Source of the DNA: Callorhinchus milii
Taxonomy: Eukaryota
Assembly (NCBI RefSeq): GCF_018977255.1
Contig: NW_024704742.1
Coordinates: 32,056,001-32,120,000, forward strand
Length of the DNA: 64,000 bases
Direction of reading: 5' to 3'
Shown: one piece after another, positions 43,201-55,200 of the stretch
How the letters are laid out: the number at the start of each line of letters is the position of its first letter
Numbering within the stretch: the first letter of the stretch is position 1
Notes under the pieces: model-generated
Databases searched by the model: none
What the model was told of the DNA's origin: nothing
Seen by the model: the letters and a program-made list of their open reading frames with translations, nothing else
Program-made: the position numbers and the translations under genes

Positions 43201-46200
43201 GTGTCTCTCTCTCTCTGGATCTCTGAGTCTGTCTCTCTCTCTCTGGGTCTGTGTCTGTGTTCAGTGCCAGCACTGAGAGGCAGGAGGTGGTGAGCTCCTG
43301 TAGCTTCGCGGTGTCCCCCATCACCTCCACCCAAAAAAAGGCCACTCAATTTTTGTTCAAGAAGCAATTAATAATTTGTTTTGCAACAATCTAATGTGTT
43401 ATTTCCTTATGTTTAGTTTTTAATCAATAAAGTGAAAAAATGTAGCAATAAAATGTACCTCAATAGCACCAATCAACAATCACATTTTCCCCCACAAAAT
43501 CTAACAAAACCCTCAGCACTGCTAGCAACAAGCTCTGCAATTTTTCTCAAAAATGTCCGTACTTTTCTATTAGCCCAGCTCATGAGTTCCTTTTTCAACC
43601 ACCTAGCACAGGTGAAGAAGCTTCCTACAAAAACCAATGGGTTGCATAAGGCTCTCATACTCAACTGGTATTTATATAACAGCCTGGAAGAAACCAAGAC
43701 AGTTCTGCTCCACTCACTTGCGCTGGAGAGATTAAAATAAAAACACGAGTGGTCTACAAATGTAGATCAGACCCCTCACCAGTAAAATGCAAAGTCAGAC
43801 CTGTTTAAGCTGCTGCGTGAGGCTTGCTGTGGTGGAGAGCTCCTGCTGTTTAAAAAGCCTCTCCTGGATGGCTTTTGTGTTTGGAGTAACAGGAGATTTC
43901 AGCCCAGGAGTTGGTGCTTTGGGGTTTGATGCACTCCGCTCCTGGCAGCGTTCACTAAACCTTTCCAGGAAAGACTTCACCCCTGTTCCACCTACAACAC
44001 ATTGGGAGATTTGCAAGGACAATTACGATTACGGTAGGGTATGCCATTAATTCAAATAGTAAAATAATAATCCTTGCACTTGATCCTTGCCTTTCACGTC
44101 AGGAGACATTCTCAAAGCGCTTCACAGGAATGTACTGTAGAGTGTAATGCCTGTGATAATTTACGCACAGCAACATGCCACAAACAACTATCAAGTGATT
44201 GATCCAAGTTGATTTGGGGGATTGTTGATCATGACACTGGGAGAAACTCCCTTCTCTTTTGAACAGTGCCAACAAACCCCTACATATAAATTGGTCACTC
44301 ACACCATGGATTTTTGCGGGACATTGTAGTGTGCAATTGGCTCCAAAAATACAGTCAATCCACATCTCAATTACATGATAAGGCGCTATACGAAATGCAA
44401 GGATTATTAATATTATATGAACAAGAGAGATAACATTACTAGTACCAGCTTTCAGTTAGTTGTTCCTGTAACCAAATAAAAAGAACCAGCCCTTCATGGT
44501 TAAAAGGGCATTGAGCCTTCTACAGGACTAGGAGTTATTCAGCCATGAGACCAGTAGATATTATTAAAAGTGTTGTGGTGCCAATTCAAACATGACAATG
44601 TGTTAGTAACCACGTGCTATTCCAGGAAACTGACCAGAGCAATGTGGCCTGGAACAGCTTATCTGCCCTCTTGACAGCAGGTTGTGTCGGGAAGTAAAAG
44701 AGGAAGTCTCCCTCAAAAATCAGAAGCCATTAAGTTAAGAGTCAATATAGAGTAGAAACAAGATCAATATAGAAAACAGTAACAATTATCAGTCAAGCTA
44801 TTCGATACAATTGTCTGGCCTAAAGACATGAACAACAATTCCTCTTTCTGACTTTGCACAATGGTTTGTCCAAAACTGGCCTGAGCTTTCTATGGCCTGG
44901 ACTTTGGGTGGAGTCTGTTGTTTCAGCAGCACTGCACGGGACACGAGATAAATTTTTAAAAATTGCTGCATTGAGTACAATTCTTAGCAATGTGATAATC
45001 AGCTTTCACTCCATTACTCTATTCACCCACATTATGGCAAAATTTGCAAAACTGTACCTGGGGTTAGATTGCCTCTGGACTGAAGCGGAGCAGTGGTCCC
45101 TCTGGTTGGCTGATCTCTAGGCTGGGTTTGGTGCTGGGCAAACTCTCCTTTAGAAGGCAGTAGATTACGCTGTTCAGTTTTCTTTGGACTAGAGTTTACC
45201 TGATCCAGTTTAAGTGTCCCTTTAGGTGCCAGTAGCTTGGGCAACTCAGTTTTCTTCAGACCTGAGTTGGCCTGAGCTGACTGAAGTGGCCCTTTAGTTT
45301 CCAATGGCTTGGGCTCCTCAATTTTCTTCAGATTCAAGGTGGCCAGATTTGGGTTAAGTGGCCCTTTAGTTTCCAATGGCTTGGGCTCCTCAATTTTCTT
45401 CAGATTCAAGGTGGCCAGATTTGGGTTAAGTGGCCCTTTAGTTTCCAATGGCTTGGGCTCCTCAATTTTCTTCAGATTCAAGGTGGCCAGATTTGGGTTA
45501 AGTGGCCCTTAGTTGCCAGGGTCCTCGGCTCCTCAATTTTCTTTAGATTCGAGCTGACCTGATCGGAGTTAATTGGCCCTTTAGTTGCCAGTGGTTTGGG
45601 CTGCTCAGTTTTCTTCGGACTAGGTGGAATCACTTTGGTTGATTGAACGGTCTAATAATAGGGAAGTAAAGAACATTTAGCAAAGGGAATTACATCTAAT
45701 ACTATGTTTAAACATCGGAAAACGAAGCGGACATCCCAAAGAAATCTTAGAAATTTTTTACTTTAGAAGACTAAGATCAAGGTATTGGTTATTTAATTGA
45801 AGAAAGAAATTTCCAGAATTAAAGAAAGTTATGTTTTCCTATGTTTCTGTTCCTTCATTTTGATTTGCTTCTTTTTCAAGGAATTCCGCACACACCCTCT
45901 TCCAGCTGAAAGGGCAGCTTCGATTCCTACACAAGCACAACTGTCTGTTGATTCTTCCACTCTCTCTTTCCGAAAAGACAAGCACATTTGAAACACGGAG
46001 CACCTAGGAGAATAACTGGTAGAAATCTGCAAGCCTCGTCCTTTTCTTACTGTCAGAAATCAGCAATAGAAAGTAATTTTGAACTAGGACATTTGCAAAC
46101 ATTGTATCACATATCCTTTTTTAATCCAAGTATCTGCCTGCAATTTATGGTTGTGGAAATGGCACACATAATAAAACAAAGGGTGCTTTAAATCAACAAA

Positions 46201-49200
46201 CAATAGAACCGCAGATCTCATTTGGTTATCAAACAAATGATCTAACTATTTGAGGGTTCAATTTTGCTCCACTGATTTAATAGAACTCTTTTTTGCAAAA
46301 TATTCACTTTGAAAAATAGGTAAAGATTCGCAGATTCTTGCTTTAGAAGTTACTTTTCAGAAACAGAACTGCAATCTTTCTCCTACCTGCAAGACAACGG
46401 GGGCTGGCTTATGGACGACTGTTTCCACAGGCCTTGGATCTTGCCGTTTAACACTGCTGCTGTTGACAGTAGCCGGGGCTCTGCCTGAAACTGGTAAACA
46501 AGCAGTACCAGGCTGTCCTTGCGGCTTGTTTTGCTTCGCAGTTGGGCGGCTCAAGTCATCCTCCCAGGATGAAATTGTTGCTGCAAGATTGTTCAAGCGT
46601 GCTCTCCTTCCAGCTGGAGTACCAGGCTGGACACTGGTCGGTGTCTGGTGAGGTGGTGGTGGAGATGCTTGCCTGCACAATTTTACTGGTGATGCTACAT
46701 CTAAGTCAAATGCGTTACCTATTTGTGATGTAAAGACAAGCCATGATCAATTGAATCCCCTTGGCAATTCAAGTGCACTTCACAATGTGTCCAACAGCAG
46801 ATGGTTTAAATAAGCATTTTCTTAAGAGTAGTTTGCCTAACAAGCGGTGCCTACAATTGGGGTTAGCAAACAGGTGATCAATTCTTTTACTGCAGTTTAT
46901 ATTTCCATATAATGCATTTCCCAGATTAAATACAGTGCCGACAAACTAGTGGTTATACAGTATTATGAAAAGGAAGAATGAAGATTTCTAATCTAAAACA
47001 TTCCCAGCCAATTAAATTGTATTCTCTTCAACCTCATAGGAAATTCTTGCAATTTAATGTAATTTCCACAACTGCTCAGATCGTCATTTCAGACCAGCTT
47101 TATAGTGAAAGTCTCTTTATAATTACTTTCTTCTTTAACCTTCACGGTGCCATTCAACATTGCAAATTCATCTGAATTTTCAAACATCAGTTAACAACAT
47201 GGGACTGAAAAATACATTTCATTAAAAAAAAATTCCACTGTACCTTAACTGGACTATGACTACAATTCTAAAGTTCTAAAAGTTGCTGCGCAGCTTCTGT
47301 TTGACCTGGATACGTCACTCTGGGGACCAGATCAAACTCAGTGTGAAAAATGCCCCAGACAGTAAGATGTCTGAAGGGTCTCACAATATTCATTTGATAG
47401 CAGCCCAGGAAAAATGACTCAAGCATTACATGAAACAAGTGCTGAAAGTACATTGATAGGGTATTTTACAGGAGGAGGCAAGAGGGGATAAAAGCTGACA
47501 TTCTCGCCAGGCTATTACTGTACCAGTATTACTAGGCCAATCAGCCAGCTCAACAGCTATGCTTTTTATAAAGGAATTGAGGAAAGTTCGAGGAAAGTAT
47601 GCACAAGGATCCATGGCCTTCATCGGACAAAAAAAAAAAACAATACCCGCAAGCACGTTTTGTGAACATTTTGCAACGGTGCTGAGAATACATCAGCAGT
47701 GGCCTGGAATACCACTCATGGACGACCATGACTGCCATAGTGGGTTGGTTCAATTCCAGTTCAGTTCCGAGGAGACTTGCTTACCTCCCCCACCCCAGGA
47801 AGATAGAGCTATGATTAAAGAAAAATGTGTGTCTAAAAAAGTTTTACTTAAAAAAAATTATTCTTTGGAGGAAACAACAAAATTGTCACATTATGGTGAC
47901 AAAAGGCACTTCCTATGGGTTTGCTACTAGCAGCAAATTAAAGTACAGAGGCCTCTAGTGGGAAAAGATGTGCATTTCTGGAGTTACTCAATATTACTTT
48001 TTTTTGTATTTTGTCTAATGTCTTTGTATTTTTCCCCATTTTGGAGGCCTTCATTGTGCTTCCTAATGCATCAAAATATATCTACCTGTTAAACACGCAC
48101 CATTTTGTGGGGAGAGTGCAAAAGAATGCAGTTCTATAGCATTAATACCAACCAAGTCTTTTGTTAGTGCTGCATAAAAACAGTAAGTTTCATTAAAAAA
48201 GGACAATGCGCTCATCACAGTACAGAAGGTTTTCTTTGGTATTTCAAAGTGATATGATCTAAAATCTCCTTTGCAAAAAGAAAAATTACAAGCAATGTCA
48301 TGATAACATGATGCATGAGCATTGTAATGATTTTAATACAATTTAGTCTCTTCCTCTCCTGAAGACCCTGACGTAGACCAGAGTACAGCTCCTCAGGGCC
48401 CAGCAGTACCATATCCAACAACTTATACTAGGTGTTGGCAGGCAATGTTGAAACAAATGGAACCAAGTCCAGTATCATCTTCACCAAATGCACATTTTTT
48501 TCAGTAGAGGCATTATTGATAAGGATTATAAACAGTAGGAGACTCAACATGGAGCCTGTGAGCTCAACTAGAGCCAGCCCCTCCCCTAAACATTACTTTT
48601 GCCTTCAATTTGAATCGTTAGCTCCAGTATATAAAAGGTCACAGTGAAATCTACAAATTCACTCTGCTGTATGCGATTAGTTCTTACCATCACCGTCCCA
48701 GTTCTGCCGCTGCGCAGCCAATTGCTGCATTCGATTCTTTACAGAGGCGGCTGTCGATTTAGGGTTCACATCTTGCACTTCCTGCTCCTGGACTAATTCG
48801 GCAGGTTGGCTTGCAGGAGGTACTACAACAGTAGTAGCCATAGGAGTTTCTGGCTCCTTGTTTTCCACACCAGAAACTGCCGTTTCAACTTTGTCTGAAC
48901 AGCGTCTTTTGGATGGAGAAGGCTTGGTAGAATCTTTCACTGAATAAACCAAAATAGTATTTGTTAGTACATATGCATGATGTGCAGAGAATACTTGATA
49001 TTTAGACAAAAGTTATACCACAAGTGATTCTACACTAATATAAAATGCAAGGAATGTAAATTGCAATTTGGTAAACAAACATTTAAATGCTCAAGTTCTG
49101 GCGAAGGCAGTAAGCAGTTGTCTTACACATTACAATCAATTGGCCACAGTGCCTGGGATAAAGAGAAAAAAAAGTCAGGATTCCTGCCTCATTACCATTC

Positions 49201-52200
49201 AAGAAACCTTCTTTTACATCTGTGCAAGAACAGAATCGTAGGTTTTCAGTGGCCATTTAAGACGGGCATCAAGACACAAATTTATAGCCCCGGCAAGAGT
49301 TCGCACTTTCAAAAGAAAAATTGCAAAAACACAAGAACAAAACACGCTATTCAGTCACGCAAGAGTTCAACGGACAAATCACTAACTAGAAAGCCATCCT
49401 TGTTCAGGACTACAATAGTTTGGCTGTTTGACTACAACACAGTTTGACTCAAGCTCCCAAATTTCAAGATTAAATGATGCATACACATCTTGGAACAGAA
49501 ATATTACTCTCATAGGATGCTGAATTTTGCACTTTCTATATAAAATTATATTTCTGGCATAAACAATAATAATACTTGCATTTGATATATAGCACCTTAT
49601 CACATCTTCGAGACATCTCAAAGCACCTCACAGAATATACTGTAACATTAATTGACTGTATATTCTGTGGGTGAAACACGGCAGCCAGTTGCAGACAGCA
49701 GTGGATTAAACAAACAGTCGTGGATTAAAGTGACCAATTTATTATTATTATTTTTAATATTTCTTCTACTGAATAACTCTTACCTTCCTCAGCAGCTTCT
49801 GAAGGTTGGTTATTTGCTTCACACAAAGGTTCCCTGATCCTTTTTGCAATTTGTCGTCCAGCTGCCGTTGGTCTTTCAGACATCTTTTTCTGGAGATTTT
49901 CTCGTCGAGCTCGCGTTCGTTCAAGTAGTTTCTAGAGTAGCAACAATTCAATATACGACATTACATAATAAGTGGAAATCACGTCAATCATTAAGAACCA
50001 TTTAATTATTTGATATTTCAATAAGTCCCTAATTTCACCGAATTTTTTTTGCTCAATTCCCCTCGAATCCTGTTAAGAAAAAACTCCCTTCTGTATTGCC
50101 ATGGGATCTTTAAAGTTCACCTCACGGGGAGATGGAACCTTGTTTTTTTAAAAATTTATTTTAGCAATGCTTTAAATGAAACAGTTTAGGGGATGAGATG
50201 TGGGATTTAATGCTTGCTTTGCCCAAAGTTCTTAGTACTTTAGTAAGTCCAGTAGTTTCTTCAACCTCTGAAATGACTGCCTATTTATCTGTAAACAGAG
50301 CTTTAAATAACGATTGCTGGACTCTTGCCAAAAAGACTCTTCCTTCAATTTAGGTAGAAGTGCTCAGAGGATAAGAAACTTCAAATGGCTTTAGTTGAGG
50401 GTATCAAATCACAGCTCTTCACAGGATATATTTACATACCTATAAGTACAATACTAAACATTGAGTTAACCTTGACAATACCTAGATGTGACTATTACAA
50501 AGGTCAGAACCGAACACAGCATGCTAAGAACTACATTGGCAGGTAAGATAGAATGACTCAGTAACCAATTGAAACATACCGGAAATTAATTTATAAGATA
50601 CAACTCATGCATTTTAACATGGCAATAATTTAAAATGGGTTAACGGTAACTTTTATAAAATAGCTAACAGCGCTCTTAACTGACCCAGTTAACGCTTACT
50701 GATACAATACATTGTTAACAGTGCTTCAGGCAGGGTTAGTTACCATGTATGATCACATCATTGTGGGTGGGGGAAAACATAAATCCACATACCTACACTG
50801 TAATGCAGTCACTGATGCAATTGTTTTAATGATTAAGAACTATGCAAGGAAAGTGCATTGTTAGTTACCACGAGCAAGTGAATAGAAATATATCAGGTCA
50901 CTTTAAAAAAAAGCATATAAGAGAGAATTATTTTATTATTTACTGTAAATTGAAGCAAAATGCTTGACAAATCTTTGCCAGACATTACCTAAAATGACCT
51001 AATGAATAACTTTGTATTTTTTTATATAAAATAACACTTGTTCTTGGGTCGGTTGATTTTTCCTGCATTCATAACCACTTGAATAGCAATACATTTGCCT
51101 TGATCTTCCTTTCCTCCCTCCTCAATGATCCCTATTGAGCCTATGGAGGGAGGGCCTCCCCAACTCCTCCCTCCACAGGCTGCCGATCATCCAGATCTCT
51201 GCAGCCCGTGTCCTTTCCTGCACTCTGCTCCGCGACCCTATCACCCCCATCCTCGCCCGACTCCACTGGCTTCCCATCACACAGAAGATTCAGTTCAAGA
51301 TCCTGGTCCCCACTTCAAAGCCCTCCACGGTCTTACCTCTCTGACCTCCTAACCCCCTACCACCCTGTTCGCTCCCTCCGCTCAGCGGGCTCCGGCCTGC
51401 TTCATGTCTCCCACTTTCTCGCCCCACTATAGGCGGGCGGGCCTTCCGCCACTCTGTACCCACCCTGTGGAACTCCATCCCGCAGACCCTTCGTCTCGCC
51501 CCCTCCCTCGCCACCTTCAAGACCCACCCGTTGTCTGTCCAGTGCCTTGGGTCATCCTCCAGACGTGAAAGGCGCTATACAAATGTAATTTTGTTGTTGT
51601 ATTGCCTTTGTGAAGCCCTAAGATATTCATTCTATAATCAAAGCACCATATAAAGTAAAACAGTTAGCATCTCATGGCCAAGCAGTTATTGCGGACTAGG
51701 AAGGTTCAAAAAAGCAGTTATATAAATTCCAGTACCGTACAGTACTGAATTTGGAGTTTTGAACTCACTCTGCTGTAAATCTATCAACAGCGCTTCATTC
51801 ATCCAGGCAACTGAATATTTTAGGAGTTGAATCATTGTGGTTAACGAAAGATTTGGATTTCAATCACTTGGCTTCATTACTCCAATGATCTACATTTCAT
51901 TTTGCCACATCGCACTTTCTTCTGATTTAAGAGGACAATTATGTTTTAAACAGCATTGGAATGTGTTGAAGCATTTGCCAGTTCTGCCAACCAAACCCTC
52001 TGACCAAATGTTTATTGAAACAGATCGTTCATTCCTCAAGAATGTAGGTTTGACACGTGACTCAAAATTCAAATTTTACTGGACTAACTGGTCTCCTGTA
52101 CAAGTGATTTGAAAACACCGGACAAGATTTTAAGTTTTATTTATCACAGCCTATCTCAGCCCTTTTTAAGGACCTTGGACAGGAAAACTATTTGTCTTCA

Positions 52201-55200
52201 AGTATAATGCAAAGCAACTCATGCATTACAAGTTGAGCTTTCAGATTTGAAGCAGAAAATGTTTTTTGAAGTATTGTCCTATATTAATTAAGCTCGAGGT
52301 CAAAAACAATTAGAGGGGAAAAAGAATAACAGAAACTTAATTGCGAGCTTTGAAAAAGGTGAATCTCATTATTGCAACCGTGTGATTAGCAATACTCATT
52401 CAGTACAATTGATTGGATTTTTCACTCATTCTGCCCCCACTTTCTGAAAATCCACCTCATTCTCTTCCTCGCCACCTTAACATCCACCTAAAGATCTTTC
52501 TTTTCAACTGTAACTTTGGTCACCTCTCAACCCCCACACCCCACCTTCACCACCTTCCTCTGCTTGCCCCAGCTATGGCGCTGTGAAATCTTTAAGATGC
52601 CCTAACGACATGAAAGGCTCTGCTTTTAAATGTAAAACTGTTGTTGTGGTTAAATTAAAAGATTTTAGAGCCGTTATTCTAAAAGTAATTAGATGAGGCT
52701 AGCAATACATTAAATATAAAGTATAAATTCTTATATTATTATTCTCTCTCCCCATGGAACCTTAGTTTAGAAAAGCAAGCACCTTCTTCTCCCCAACCAG
52801 TATATAGTGCTTTGGCACATCCAGTATTAACCAGTGGTAATAATAATAATCCTTATTATTATTAATAATTAAATAATAATAATCCTTGTATTTATCATGT
52901 CTTCAAGACGTCTCAAAACGCTTCACAGAATATATTGTAAAGTGAATTGACTGTATATTTTGTGGGCAAAATTATCGGTTGGGAAATTATTATTAACTTC
53001 CATGCTAATCAAGGCTTTTGCAGGAATCCAACCCCATCACTTGACGACTTCCAAAAATGGATTTATCGCTAGTGAAAAATTACCAGCTATTTGCATTATA
53101 GTGTATCTTTTCTTCACATCTGTTCACAAGGGGCCACCAGGAAGCTGCAAACCAGTCAACAGTACAAGTTAAGCTGTTTTAAGGAAATGGCGATGGGTGG
53201 GACTGAAACAAAATAACTAGTGTACTATACCTTTCTTTACATAAACCAGACAGGGGTAATAACTAACTTTTAACACACATTTTCAAACAAATTCATGCAA
53301 CTGTACTTGTAATAATTAGCAATGAAATACTATAAACCTAGATTGAGTACAGCCTTCAGTTTTCTATCTTTTTAAATTTGTCATTATTTTGGTGTTGACA
53401 CTGCACATCATCTAGTATTAAATTCTACGAATACTACCTTCTTCCACGTCACCATTTTTGATCGTGTTCAACAATCAATGTCCCTATTGAAACAGTTTAC
53501 TCTAGAAAAACATATGGAGGATAGGTTATAATTTGATATGGGACAAAACAGCAAAATAAACTTTATTTTTAAAAGACCTTGACAATGCTTTTGGTGATAG
53601 AAGGTTTGCCGACTGTGATAACATGCATTTAGAATCATCTGCTATCATACAGGGGGTCAGACTCCGTCTCTGTCAAGCCCTCTGGAACACTACCCTGTGT
53701 GAAGGGTGCTACATAAATACAAGTTGTTGTTGTTCACATTCACTTCCTTTAATCTTACCCAATCAAATCTGACTCCCTAATGCAATAACCTACAACCCCC
53801 ACCTCGCTTTATAATAATAATCCTTTCATTTGATATAGCATCTTTCACAACAGGAGGCAGTCACAAAGCGCTTCTCAGGATTTATTGTAAAGTGTAGTAA
53901 AGCTATATTTTTGCATGCGAACATGGTAGTCAATGTGCACATAACAATGTTCCTCAAACAGCCATGGGTGTATAGTCAAATTTATCTGGGGGGTTGTTAT
54001 CTATGACACCAGGGGAAACTCCCTTCTCTTTTTGAATAGTGCCATAGGATCTTTAAAGCCAACCTGACCAGGCAGACTGGACTTTGGTTTAACATCTCAC
54101 CCGAAGCTGGCACCTCAGCAATGCCGCACTCCGCAGGCAAAACATTGGAGTGTCAACCAAGACTATTTAAGTTCAAAGTCTCACCCTGGGGCTTGAACCC
54201 ACAACTTTTTGAATGAGAGGCTATCAACTGAGCTCGACTGATAAGTTATGATCTGAGCATATGAACTCAACTAATGATTTGACATTGTTGCATGATAGTT
54301 GGGGTTGCACCACAAGTGGGTTTATTAAATTGGCCAGGTTACAAATCTCACTCCAAAATACCACATAGCTTAGCAAATGTGTTTCACGACCAAAATTGTA
54401 TGCAGTATGCCAAATACAGCCTGCCCAAAGCATGAAGGGCCCTGAATTTAAGCAGAATAACCTCACAAGACCACTGTTCCTTGCTAATTCACAGATGTTC
54501 CTTTCTTGGAAGATGGTATACTAAATCCACTGTTCCACTGACCAGCTTTCAAAAGGTGTGCGAAAGTCACGAGAGCTGCTGCATATCATTTTTGACATAC
54601 CTGCTGGCGATTTCATGACATGCGTGTTCATTTAAATCATCAAGCTGCTATTAGTCTGACCGTAGCATCTGATTTACCGTAGGAAACCCCCTTGCTTTTT
54701 TTTTTGAAACAAATATCAGAATCAATATCAATGGCGGAACGCAATGCAAACTTTCCACGCAGATCCTATACTTGATATTATGCAGTCGTGCTAACGGTAT
54801 TGTGCAATACCTTCGAGACGGTCCAACAAAACCATTAAGAACAGCGGTCGAGAAGTGACAACAACGACAACAAGATTGCATTTATAGAGCGCCTTTCCTC
54901 ACGTCGGGAGGGACGTCCCAAGGCGCTGGACAGTTGGGTCGGGACCCGATCGGAGGGGGTGGGGGGGGGGAATGGTCAGGGGGAGGGGGGGTGGAGAGAG
55001 GAGGGGGAGGGGAGGGAGAGAGGAGGGGGTAGAGAGTCGAGAGGGGAGCTGAAGGCTCGGTCAAAGAGAAGACCCCTCCAGTAGCAGCAATGCCTGGGGG
55101 GAAGGGGGTGAATACAACATGGACAGAGGCGGCCCCGGGGGGGGGGGGGAGGCGCAGGGCTGGAGGGGGAGGCGGCCCCGGGGGGGGGGAGGCGGCCCCG

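Noticed and set aside
45141..45622. CRISPR-like regular repeat array
   Set aside because: Contiguous tandem units without unique spacers, inside a eukaryotic coding exon.
45829..46032. Open segment between ANLN exons 4 and 5 as a possible extra exon correcting the frameshift
   Set aside because: No anillin similarity, and the shift lies within the repeat array, so an upstream exon cannot keep both halves in the repeat-coding frame.
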